From positions 1 to 56,497 of the IMG/VR virus record IMGVR_UViG_3300008267_005425: a stretch of DNA of 56,497 nucleotides; one strand, given 5' to 3'. The position numbers and the translations under genes are program-made. Below, in pieces: positions 9,161 through 17,875 of this stretch. The notes below the pieces were generated by a model, which saw nothing but the letters and a program-made list of their open reading frames with translations, ran no database searches and had not been told where the DNA came from. Origin of the DNA: a virus. Its lineage: Duplodnaviria; Caudoviricetes. The first letter of the stretch is position 1. Every line of letters starts with the position of its first letter.

Positions 9161-9921
9161 AGTCTCTGCTTTGGTGCTATTTGCCTTATTCTAGATTCCA
9201 CCTCTTTTTGTAAGTGTAATCTGTTATTTGTCTCAGACTCCAGGTCAGCAGATGTGTTGTATACGTATAACACTTCAGGAACTCTGTAAACTCTATCCTT
9301 TCCTGCCTGCTCCACTAGTGGCATACATAGTGCAAAATCAGCTGCAGCATTAAAGTATTGATTGGTAGCAGGATCTATTAAATCGTTCTCTGAGAGGTTG
9401 TCTACCAAAAACGCTTTATAGGTTTTTAAGTGACTATAGGGGAACTCATACATACGATAAGCGTTAGCTTGATCGACAATTGAATTTAATTCGAGGTTAA
9501 AGTGACCACCCACCTCTCCAGAAGGGTATTGAATATATTGACCATAGGTCATCCATATATTGTCGTTTTGGTATATCTCGTCAAGATACTGCAACACAAA
9601 CGGATGCAATAACCAATCGTCCCCATCAATCTCAACAATAATATCATCCGGTGTGATTAAGTTGTTTTGTTTTAGGTAATTGTAAGTACCCATAAAGCAT
9701 TTCAAAAAACACCCAGGATCTGGATTGTGATGTATCATAAATCTATCATCATCCTTGGTAGCTTGTGTGAGATGATCCAAAGTATTGTCTGTTGATTTAT
9801 CATAACCATAAACAGCTAGGTAGTTCTGAAAACTCTGCTGCTTTACACTATTCACGTTAAACTCTACCCACTTACCTTTGTTGTATACGGTAGACAGGAT
9901 TACAAATCTATTTGTTTTCAT
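9157..9921 (-). CDS. Glycosyltransferase family 2
   Basis: STVYN, DKSTDNT, IDGDDWL, SHLKTY, LYVYN. Confidence 0.88.
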   Translation of the reverse strand: MKTNRFVILSTVYNKGKWVEFNVNSVKQQSFQNYLAVYGYDKSTDNTLDHLTQATKDDDRFMIHHNPDPGCFLKCFMGTYNYLKQNNLITPDDIIVEIDGDDWLLHPFVLQYLDEIYQNDNIWMTYGQYIQYPSGEVGGHFNLELNSIVDQANAYRMYEFPYSHLKTYKAFLVDNLSENDLIDPATNQYFNAAADFALCMPLVEQAGKDRVYRVPEVLYVYNTSADLESETNNRLHLQKEVESRIRQIAPKQRL

Positions 9922-10898
9922 TATTTTAATATACTGATCATTTTATCCAAAAACAACTCCTTAGTGTAGTGCTTTTTGTAATTTTGTTTAGCTGACACGC
10001 TCATCTCCTGATAGAAATCTAAATCTGTAGCTAATCTCTTAGATAACTCCTTAGCATGCCCTACATCATCTACGTCCACTGATAGATGTGGGTGGCATAG
10101 CTTTTGTGTATCCATTTTCTCATTACCAATACATGGAATACCTAAATACGCACAGTTGAGACTGAAAGTACCAGCTGCTGCTGTTGGCATTAAGTGTACT
10201 GCATACTTAAATTGAGACAGCTGCCTCATCCAATCATTCCACATCACACGTGGTAAGTGAAAAATTAATTGTTCCTCATAGTCTCTTCTTGAGTGGGATG
10301 TCATTGTCCAAAGGTCTACACCAAACTCCTGAGCTACAACATAGGATTGCATCCCACCATACCATCTACTAAAGTTTCCACCTACAATCACCTTGTCTTG
10401 TGGATTCCATACGACGTCTGGAATGTGATCGGTTAGCATTAGGGTTGGTATGACATGCACCTTATCCGCATCTAGGTAACCTTTCCAAAACAGAGTGTCA
10501 TGTGAATTGTGAGCTAAGAACCCATCAGCCTCTCTCAGCATGTTAATGAAGTTAATCTGATCAGCCAGTTCGTAGTCATTAAACCACCAACAAGGACCTT
10601 CTTGGATGAAGAATACTTTCTTGTTCTTCTCCTTTAACTTCACCACCATCTCACTTCTAATTAAACTAGATACTGGGTTTGGTTCATCTACTAATCTTGA
10701 TCCTTCAGCACTGAGGAATGTTTTTCCTTTTGGAAAGATAATGAGGACAGCGTCATAATCCTTCACAGCATCGATGTCTCGTATGTTATGGTGATTTGCA
10801 TCTAAAGCATGCATCCAAGCAAACTCCGTTCTCATGTTAAGATGGTCTGCTGGTATCTTGCCCATAAAAGGCATCTCCGTCATAAAAGCAACCCTCAT
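9921..10898 (-). CDS. Putative GT-B fold glycosyltransferase
   Basis: MRTEFAW, AAGTFSLNCAYLGIPCIG (similar to the GT-B C-terminal motif); cluster context. Confidence 0.65.
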   Translation of the reverse strand: MRVAFMTEMPFMGKIPADHLNMRTEFAWMHALDANHHNIRDIDAVKDYDAVLIIFPKGKTFLSAEGSRLVDEPNPVSSLIRSEMVVKLKEKNKKVFFIQEGPCWWFNDYELADQINFINMLREADGFLAHNSHDTLFWKGYLDADKVHVIPTLMLTDHIPDVVWNPQDKVIVGGNFSRWYGGMQSYVVAQEFGVDLWTMTSHSRRDYEEQLIFHLPRVMWNDWMRQLSQFKYAVHLMPTAAAGTFSLNCAYLGIPCIGNEKMDTQKLCHPHLSVDVDDVGHAKELSKRLATDLDFYQEMSVSAKQNYKKHYTKELFLDKMISILK

Positions 10899-11518
10899 AG
10901 TGTATTGTAATAGTTGTTCTGTTTTTCTTGACGATCGATTGTTTTTGGGTGATACAAAGCTAGCTCCTCGAGCATGGGTAACATGCTGTAAGCTTTATGA
11001 CCTTCTAGTCTTTCGTGGACTTTGTTTATCCACTTAACTTGCCCTTTATTCTTATAGATGCGCCATTGATAGTCGGGCCAGTTTACCCATCCCTTCTCGT
11101 CAACCTGCCATCCCCACTTCGCTATATGCTCTGGTGTTAGTCCACTTACTGTGTTCACTCTTGGAGTGAGTATCACATCGCAATCGCTATTTTCTTCTAA
11201 GATTTCCGGTAGTATCTCAATCAACTTAGTATGAGGTAGCTCATCTGCATCTATCTGAAAGATGTAATCTCCACTACATAGTGATGTGAGTTTATTCTTC
11301 CAATTAGCAAAGTGTCCATCGAACTCTGCTTTGTGCCAAGCAAACTCTCCGTTAAGTGAGTGTGACCTAAGAAATGCTTCGATCTCAGGATCTCCGTTCT
11401 TAGAATCATACAAGATCACAATGTTATCTTGCAGGCGCTTGTTCTTGAGTAAAAAATGCACCAATCTCTGTATCTCCACAAACTCGTTGCAGACTGTAAT
11501 AGCGTAACTAACTTTCAT
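10895..11518 (-). CDS. Glycosyltransferase family 2
   Basis: SYAITVCNE, IFQIDADE, WPDYQWR, VHE. Confidence 0.88.
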   Translation of the reverse strand: MKVSYAITVCNEFVEIQRLVHFLLKNKRLQDNIVILYDSKNGDPEIEAFLRSHSLNGEFAWHKAEFDGHFANWKNKLTSLCSGDYIFQIDADELPHTKLIEILPEILEENSDCDVILTPRVNTVSGLTPEHIAKWGWQVDEKGWVNWPDYQWRIYKNKGQVKWINKVHERLEGHKAYSMLPMLEELALYHPKTIDRQEKQNNYYNTL

Positions 11519-11521
11519 AAA

Positions 11522-12019
11522 CTAGGTTGTTTGAATAAATCCTATAAAATGACAAGCATTGTAAAAATCATTTGAAGCAAACTTCCTACCAACTGACATA
11601 TCAACTCTACGAGTGTAGTATTGATCTTTCTGCCCTGGAATAGGATACTTGCTTTGTTCTTCTTCTGGAATGTCTACAGCAGGTGCAGCATTCCAACCCC
11701 AATCTTCCTTACTCGTGCCATCAGGGAATATGATTCCAAAGCTAGGAAAGTTGAGTACTATTGGATACCAAACTAGATTAGTACTCGGATCAACCCACCT
11801 CAAGTCTTTGATAAGCTCAGCTGTTGCCTCCTCATAGCCAGTTACGACATCGGAACCCTCTTCGTTTAGAGTTGTGGAAGTATAGCCACAATCAATACAC
11901 ATCCAACTTGTTACTAGTTGATCAGTATCTCCCGTTCCTGGAATAGTTTGGTTTTCTTCAAAGCACTGGCTGCCTCCACAATGAGGACACGTTACTTTAC
12001 CTGGTTCAGTATGTTCCAT
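11522..12019 (-). CDS. Zn-ribbon hypothetical protein
   Basis: CPHC...CIDCG. Confidence 0.7.
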   Translation of the reverse strand: MEHTEPGKVTCPHCGGSQCFEENQTIPGTGDTDQLVTSWMCIDCGYTSTTLNEEGSDVVTGYEEATAELIKDLRWVDPSTNLVWYPIVLNFPSFGIIFPDGTSKEDWGWNAAPAVDIPEEEQSKYPIPGQKDQYYTRRVDMSVGRKFASNDFYNACHFIGFIQTT

Positions 12020-12239
12020 ATTCTAATGTAAATGATGTTCCGTTATTCTCTTTCGATATCTCTCGTAGCCATTCAAAATTCTCACGAAGGCTAATGATTT
12101 CAAATCGACTGTAAGTTTCCTCTGTCTCCTCCATAAAGAAACGATACTTAATGTCTCGTGACGATAGTAATGCTATTAGGTGGTTGTGAGAAAATTGTGT
12201 GTGTGCTTGTGCGAAGTATCGCATTGTTGGATTTTCCAT
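12006..12239 (-). CDS. Hypothetical protein
   Basis: ORF abutting both neighbours. Confidence 0.55.
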   Translation of the reverse strand: MENPTMRYFAQAHTQFSHNHLIALLSSRDIKYRFFMEETEETYSRFEIISLRENFEWLREISKENNGTSFTLEYGTY

Positions 12240-13550
12240 TTATACTTTTTTAAGTTTAGGTAATTCGATTTTTTTTAGTTGTGGTAGTTTGAGTTCCACT
12301 TGCTTAGGAAACTCCGGGATACGTTGATCCATAAGTTGTATCAGCTTGTCGCTCATGTGTTGTAGTGTAAATTCTTTTTGAATTACTTTAGCTTGTTTGC
12401 GACCTACTTCTTCGTAGTTTTTGTAGTTTTCCACCACATCTTTCATAACGCTTGCTGCGTATCCGTAGTCTACTGAAAACCACTGAGACTCTATTAGAAT
12501 CATATTCTCTGCAGCTGCAGATGGATGTACGTTTGTTAGTTGACCTGGTAATAGTACAGCTTCTTTTAGGAAGTCTATGTGGCCTGACCAGTTTGGTGCA
12601 ATAATTGGTTTACGAGACGTTCCTGCTTCTGCCAAAGGTCGTCCATAACCTTCTCCCTTTGTAAGAGTGACGTGTGCCTTAATCTTTGGATGATTGTATA
12701 GTGAGTTCATCTCTTCGTCAGTTAAATCACCATGCAACAAGTATACGTTTGGTAATCTCTTTCCCCCACTAACCGATTGTCTAATTAAGTTAATTCGTCT
12801 CAACATTTCTTGCTTATCGAGTGGACTGAAATCTGCTCGAGAAGACTTCAAGATTAGTGCTGGTTGGTTTTGTGGTGATTTGTTTTTGAACGCTTCAAGG
12901 AAAGTACGAATAAGTGCTCCTACGTTTTTACGATCTTCACCAAAGTCTCCATTTAACCAGTGACCGACAAACAAGAAAGCAAAGCTCTCCTTAACATTTT
13001 GCAACTCATCAACTATTGTTTTGTTTAGTGTTTTTGTTGCAAAGTACTTTTCAAGGTCAACACCTTCAAACAAAACTTCAATAGGCTTGTTGAGTTTAAT
13101 TTCACCCATTGGTTGGTTTGTATTCTGATCATGCTGCATCCAAGCAGACTCTTGCAATACCTTCTTTGAGTGTTCAGATGATGTCAGAATCAAATCCATT
13201 CTGTTACATCCATCCACCCAAGGAGCTGCCGCTAGCGTTGTTTCAATTCCTGCAGTAATTCCGATATTGAATTTACCCACACGTTGAAACTCGTTAGGTA
13301 CTGTGATCTGAATAAAGATGTCAGGTTGAGCATCTAATCTAGGCTCTTGTAGCATCCTATCTAGGATTGCTTTGTGCTCTTCGTTCTCTGCACTGAGTGC
13401 GTTCATTGGAGTTGTACCCCATCGAGTACTCCATATCTTTATGTTGTACTTATCTGACTTAATTAGACTCGTTGCAATATCTCGAGATCGAGCTCCGTAA
13501 CCTGATACGGTTGCAACGGGTGCCATTAAAAGTAATGTTGGTTTTGACAT
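12240..13550 (-). CDS. Glycosyltransferase family 4-like (GT-B)
   Basis: SGYG, FLFVGHW, RKNV, KGEGYGRPLAEA, PIIAPNWSGH; start reassigned to MSKP. Confidence 0.88.
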   Translation of the reverse strand: MSKPTLLLMAPVATVSGYGARSRDIATSLIKSDKYNIKIWSTRWGTTPMNALSAENEEHKAILDRMLQEPRLDAQPDIFIQITVPNEFQRVGKFNIGITAGIETTLAAAPWVDGCNRMDLILTSSEHSKKVLQESAWMQHDQNTNQPMGEIKLNKPIEVLFEGVDLEKYFATKTLNKTIVDELQNVKESFAFLFVGHWLNGDFGEDRKNVGALIRTFLEAFKNKSPQNQPALILKSSRADFSPLDKQEMLRRINLIRQSVSGGKRLPNVYLLHGDLTDEEMNSLYNHPKIKAHVTLTKGEGYGRPLAEAGTSRKPIIAPNWSGHIDFLKEAVLLPGQLTNVHPSAAAENMILIESQWFSVDYGYAASVMKDVVENYKNYEEVGRKQAKVIQKEFTLQHMSDKLIQLMDQRIPEFPKQVELKLPQLKKIELPKLKKV

Positions 13551-13560
13551 ACGTAACTTG

Positions 13561-15051
13561 TTATAGTGTGATTCCTGTTTTTCTATTCTTTGTTTTAACA
13601 ACCTCTTCTGCTACATTGTACAGAGTAAATCTCTTTGGTGCAACCCAGTTATTTAGAGTTGCATCAACAGCTACTGAGAATCTATTAGCCATATGCTCAG
13701 CTGTAAATCCTGCCTCATCGGACATAGCCCATTCACGTCCTTGATTGCCACAATAGGTTCTTACCTGGTGACCTGCTTCATACCAATACTCGATTGCTGC
13801 GGCTACATCTCTTATATCACAACGATCATCAAAGATGTATGGTGTTGGAATCGATCCCTGTAAGTTGATTGCTGCTGGAAACACAGGTCTAACCCACTCT
13901 CCATGCTTTCTGTATCGTCCGGTGTGATTAGATGCAAAGTCTTCGTCAAACTCAATCCAGTTACCCTCTTCATCTTCAAAACGACACTGATCTTGCAGAC
14001 CTCCGGTAACATTGTTTATCAACACTCTACCAGTCATCATTGCTTCTGTACTACTCAATCCCCAACCTTCATTGGATGCAATGTTGATAACGACATCACA
14101 AGCATTGTATAGTAAGTTCATTCCCTTTGAGTCGTGGCGTACGTTGTCAAATTGAATGCTGTCTGCTAATTCCGGGCATAGTGTATCTATCACAGCTATT
14201 AGATCTGTACCATTCTCATCTGCTGGTTGAGTCTTTAATACTAATCGAACATCTGAATTGTCCCCTGACGCCTTTAATCCGTCACAAAATAACTTAAACG
14301 CCAAAATAACATCTGAGGTCATCTTTCTGCGGATGTTTCGATTATTGTATAGAACAACAAGCTCTGGGTTGGCATCACCAAATAGCGACTTCCTCATCTG
14401 CTGTACTTCAGCATCCTCTCTGTCAATGGGATAAAAGTACTTACTATCAATTCCATGAGGAACATAGCACACTTTTGGTAGTTGATGAACTTTTGTATCT
14501 TCTTTAAACCACAACTCATTATCGATGTCTAGGTAATTATCTGCACCTAAAACCAACTTAGCAATGTTGTTGGATTGCTTACTGATTCCCATCAACAAGT
14601 CACAAGACTCGTAGTACGGCTTATTGTAGTGTGGTGCAGGAAGATCATCCCAAATGTGATAATAGAAGATTGGAATGTTTTGTCTAATTTCAGCAGACAT
14701 TTGATACAACCAAATCCAGTATCTAGGATCTGTGAAATGTACGATTGCGTCTATTTTATGCTTTGACATCAAAGCTCTAACTAAGTCTGGATCTCCATAT
14801 CCGTTGTTGGGGTATAGAATCACACTTGAGTCTTCAATACCCATCTCTTTGTTTATGTCTGCGCTTAAATCAAAAATCTTACCTATATCTGGGTGATTGA
14901 TTGCTGCAGCGACGTGGACAAAGTTGTATCGATGAGCGTTGTGCAATACAAGCTCTCGAGTCATTGTTCCGATTCCGGATGGAAGTCTTAAATCATCTGC
15001 TAAAAAGAGAATAGTCTTTCTCTCGTTTTTTGGAATGTAACCTTTCTTCAT
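13561..15051 (-). CDS. Glycosyltransferase family 4-like (GT-B)
   Basis: PSGIG, VPHGID, NRNIRRK, NEGWGLSSTEAM, TGGLQDQ. Confidence 0.9.
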   Translation of the reverse strand: MKKGYIPKNERKTILFLADDLRLPSGIGTMTRELVLHNAHRYNFVHVAAAINHPDIGKIFDLSADINKEMGIEDSSVILYPNNGYGDPDLVRALMSKHKIDAIVHFTDPRYWIWLYQMSAEIRQNIPIFYYHIWDDLPAPHYNKPYYESCDLLMGISKQSNNIAKLVLGADNYLDIDNELWFKEDTKVHQLPKVCYVPHGIDSKYFYPIDREDAEVQQMRKSLFGDANPELVVLYNNRNIRRKMTSDVILAFKLFCDGLKASGDNSDVRLVLKTQPADENGTDLIAVIDTLCPELADSIQFDNVRHDSKGMNLLYNACDVVINIASNEGWGLSSTEAMMTGRVLINNVTGGLQDQCRFEDEEGNWIEFDEDFASNHTGRYRKHGEWVRPVFPAAINLQGSIPTPYIFDDRCDIRDVAAAIEYWYEAGHQVRTYCGNQGREWAMSDEAGFTAEHMANRFSVAVDATLNNWVAPKRFTLYNVAEEVVKTKNRKTGITL

Positions 15052-15072
15052 TTGTTGTGTTTATATGTAACT

Positions 15073-15101
15073 ACTATACTAACTTTTCTTTTAAACTACA
15101 A
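15073..15101 (-). promoter_or_regulatory. Promoter TTGTAG-N17-TATAGT for the glycosylation cluster
   Basis: Same architecture at 38215 and 41289. Confidence 0.65.
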
Positions 15102-15117
15102 GTATTTTTCTAAAATC

Positions 15118-15436
15118 TTATGACCTATTCCTACAGTGTCTTTTCCCAGTTAGATATGGTTTTGGACATGAAGTTCCTTTTACATGCTTATGACCGCAAC
15201 GACCGCAGCATGTGCTTTTTTCTTCATTCAAGCCATCACCACAACTCTCACACTTATCATCAAACATGAAATTGTCATAGACAGCATTTATGTAATCTGC
15301 AGACTTAGTGATCTTGGATTGTACCCAGCCTTCTAATTCTTGCACATTATTCTCCTAGAGCCATATCCGCTTCGTGATCATCTCCGTGATTTAGAAGTTT
15401 GTTGTTAAGGTCTTCAAAGATGTTTCTTAATTTCAT
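15118..15436 (-). pseudogene. Frame-disrupted hypothetical (possibly virion) gene: 15347-15436 plus 15118-15345
   Basis: MKLRNIFE...DHEADMALGE-stop, then ENNVQELEGWVQSKITKSADYI in the +1 frame; the two parts read as halves of one phage protein family. Confidence 0.55.
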
Positions 15437-15825
15437 TTCTGCTTTCTTTTGTCTGCCCAATCACGGAAAAGCATGTTACCTTCTTTAAAGGCATCTTCTT
15501 CTAGCTTTCGTAAGTGTTCGTTGTTTTGTGCGTAGTTAGGATCTGTAGCATTCTCCACTTCCTCCATATTCAACATTCCAGTTAAGTTTTGGTGGTGGTG
15601 GCGCATTTCGTGAGAGAAGCTTCTTAGGACATCTTTAGGGTGTCTGTTGGCTGTGTAGAGTACTATGATTTTATTCTGTGGATCGTAGTGACCAGTTGGA
15701 GTTAGTATTCCGTTTGTCATCTGCGGATCGTTGTTCAGCTTAACTCCTGGTAGTGGATATGTTGACCATCCTTGGTCATTCATACACTCAACTAACTCAG
15801 CCATACATCGTTTCATCTCATTCAT
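15433..15825 (-). CDS. HExxH zinc metallopeptidase-like protein
   Basis: TGHYDP, RSFSHEMRHHHQ, LEEDA. Confidence 0.7.
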   Translation of the reverse strand: MNEMKRCMAELVECMNDQGWSTYPLPGVKLNNDPQMTNGILTPTGHYDPQNKIIVLYTANRHPKDVLRSFSHEMRHHHQNLTGMLNMEEVENATDPNYAQNNEHLRKLEEDAFKEGNMLFRDWADKRKQK

Positions 15826-15828
15826 ACC

Positions 15829-15836
15829 TATAAATA
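15829..15836 (-). promoter_or_regulatory. Putative late promoter TATTTATA
   Basis: One of eight exact intergenic copies just 5' of a minus-strand gene. Confidence 0.65.
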
Positions 15837-15839
15837 GTA

Positions 15840-16238
15840 CTAATTAATGAGAACTGTGCGCTTTCTTGCCTTAGTCATTGCATTTACAATCGCCACTACC
15901 TTAGTATCTTTTAGGTTTGTATCATCAAACACTACACACTTGTCTACATACTGAGCGTATATTTTGTTTCTCGAGAAGAAGTTTTTAGGGCTGTATGGTT
16001 TGTTGTAATGCACCTCTGAAAGTAAACTGTAGAGGTTTTGTGGTGTGTGTGGTGGATTAGCTTCCCTATACGTGTAGCCAAACTCTAAGGCATACCTCTT
16101 GATGTACTTGTCTGCTCCATCCTTTTCTCCCAGCCCTATTATTGTAATGTCATCTCCATATTCCTTTAACTTGAACATGAAGTTTTTGATCTTCGTCTTA
16201 TTCTCGAATGTCTTAGTTCCCGTAATACCTATCCTCAT
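15840..16238 (-). CDS. SLOG family (YspA-like) protein
   Basis: MRIGITGTKTF, G.KDGADKY, RNKIYA, VVF. Confidence 0.7.
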   Translation of the reverse strand: MRIGITGTKTFENKTKIKNFMFKLKEYGDDITIIGLGEKDGADKYIKRYALEFGYTYREANPPHTPQNLYSLLSEVHYNKPYSPKNFFSRNKIYAQYVDKCVVFDDTNLKDTKVVAIVNAMTKARKRTVLIN

Positions 16239-16686
16239 TTGATGTGAATTTTTTTTGTAAATCACCAATAGTGAGTCCTAGTAGGTTTTCGAAATGTCCT
16301 GGTTCAAAGCTAGGCCATCTCCATCCAGCTGTCCAGCCTTCTGCTTCAAATATCTTAACAACTTTCAACCACTTCTCGTGTAGTATTTCATCGTGAAAGC
16401 AATCGTTCCAGGATAGTAACTTCTTACCATCCAACAAACAAAAGTCTAATGCTAATCCAAAGTTATGTGGACTGTATCCTGGTCTTCTATGGGTTACAAT
16501 AGGTCCAGGCAATGTTCGTCCAAACCTATACAATAACTCCTGCTCTTCTGCTGTTCTACTGCCCCATAGAATATAAACTGGTAACTTTTGTGATAAGCAT
16601 TTTTGGAAAGCTTTCGTTGCTGACTCGACGTGTATTGAATTTAGAGTAGCAATCCTACTCATGGAAACATCTGCAAACTCTATCAT
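16213..16686 (-). CDS. M15 family peptidoglycan peptidase (L-Ala-D-Glu peptidase-like)
   Basis: RTAEEQELLYRFGRT, SPHNFGLALDF, GWRW...HFE. Confidence 0.85.
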   Translation of the reverse strand: MIEFADVSMSRIATLNSIHVESATKAFQKCLSQKLPVYILWGSRTAEEQELLYRFGRTLPGPIVTHRRPGYSPHNFGLALDFCLLDGKKLLSWNDCFHDEILHEKWLKVVKIFEAEGWTAGWRWPSFEPGHFENLLGLTIGDLQKKFTSNEDRYYGN

Positions 16687-17570
16687 CCTTTAAGTCTGTC
16701 TTTTTTGTTACACTTATCGGTTCCATTGAAAGGACAGAATTTACATGCACTAGTCTCGATAGCGGGATAAATAGCTTCTGTGTTGTATTGACCATCTTCC
16801 GTAAAGCAGGTATCTAAGAAGTCTTGAAACATCCTTCCTATCTTGTTTCTTGTTACTTTACCACTGGCTGGTGCAAATAGTTGAATACGTTTTGGAACAA
16901 ACTCAGCATTTTCGTTTATCCTACGTCTCACTATCAAATACTCCACGTCAATCATTTCCGGATCCCAGTTGTATTGTTTAGCGTAGAATTCTTTGTACAA
17001 AATAAGCTGAGCTGTTTTACTTTGATCTGCTTTTTGATATTTGTTCCATCCACTAGTAGAGGTTTTGATATCCCATACCTTGATACGATTGGTACGTTCA
17101 TCGAGTATTACGATATCAATAAAACCTATAAAGCGAATGTTACCTTTGAGGTTTAAGCTCAATGGAATCTCGACACCTATTAGTTTGTGTTGTTTACTAG
17201 GAAAGTACACCCTCCTATGTCTTTTGAGATATTTCAGTATCTCGATTCCATCTTGCAAAAACTCAGCTAACTCTTTTGGAGTGCTGAAGTGTTGTCCGTT
17301 CTTTTTCTCTACAGCCTTCTTATACTCTGCATACATTTGTTCTTGCAGGTAAGCGTTTAGATCAATCTCATCAGCTTTCTTAGCAGATTCAGAATAAAGC
17401 ACTTGTAGGTAGTGTTGGACTGTATTGTGAAATGCTGTACCGAATAGGGTGTTAATGTTGTCCTCATACGTACGCAGATTATCGATATAGTCAAGCTTCC
17501 ATCTAAGAGGACACTTGGCATACAAAGAGAACTGCGAATACGAAACTGTCTTTTGTTTTATCTCACTCAT
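16683..17570 (-). CDS. PD-(D/E)XK exonuclease, RecB/Cas4-like
   Basis: SYSQ...CP, FGTAFH, E, GFIDI, DIKTS, QL..Y, CKFCPF...C. Confidence 0.88.
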   Translation of the reverse strand: MSEIKQKTVSYSQFSLYAKCPLRWKLDYIDNLRTYEDNINTLFGTAFHNTVQHYLQVLYSESAKKADEIDLNAYLQEQMYAEYKKAVEKKNGQHFSTPKELAEFLQDGIEILKYLKRHRRVYFPSKQHKLIGVEIPLSLNLKGNIRFIGFIDIVILDERTNRIKVWDIKTSTSGWNKYQKADQSKTAQLILYKEFYAKQYNWDPEMIDVEYLIVRRRINENAEFVPKRIQLFAPASGKVTRNKIGRMFQDFLDTCFTEDGQYNTEAIYPAIETSACKFCPFNGTDKCNKKDRLKG

Positions 17571-17573
17571 AAC

Positions 17574-17606
17574 CTAAAGGTACTTAACTTTATTCGAATA
17601 TGCAAC
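17574..17606 (-). promoter_or_regulatory. Early-type promoter GTTGCAT-N17-TACCTTTAG
   Basis: Repeated motif with 17-nt spacer. Confidence 0.75.
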
Positions 17607-17611
17607 TTTTA

Positions 17612-17830
17612 CTATTGATTTTCTGGTAAGAAGTCTGCATTAATATGTCCACAACTTGCACATGCAAATGCTTGAATTGGTGTTAGCATTTCGTTACCGG
17701 TTGGAGATACTATTGCTGAGAACTTCTTTATTAGGTAGTTTACCACAAAGCGATCGTGTCCACATTCTTCGCAGGTGTAGTTGGTTGCCATAGAAAAGTC
17801 AACCTCTTGTTGTATTGGTTTTTGATTCAT
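17612..17830 (-). CDS. Small Zn-ribbon protein
   Basis: CEECG...CASCG. Confidence 0.75.
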   Translation of the reverse strand: MNQKPIQQEVDFSMATNYTCEECGHDRFVVNYLIKKFSAIVSPTGNEMLTPIQAFACASCGHINADFLPENQ

Positions 17831-17842
17831 GCTTGTTAGATT

Positions 17843-17868
17843 AAAAAAGAGGGGAGCGAACTCCCCTC
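17843..17868 (-). terminator. Intrinsic terminator after groEL
   Basis: GAGGGGAG-TTCG-CTCCCCTC-TTTTTT. Confidence 0.92.
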
Positions 17869-17875
17869 AACGTAA

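Noticed and set aside
15347-15349. Stop-codon reassignment as the explanation for the broken gene
   Set aside because: The continuation is in a different frame, and TAA, TAG and TGA all terminate intact genes elsewhere in the window.
16683-17570. Cas4-like nuclease as evidence of a CRISPR-Cas system
   Set aside because: No cas1/cas2 or array nearby; stand-alone PD-(D/E)XK exonucleases are common in phages.
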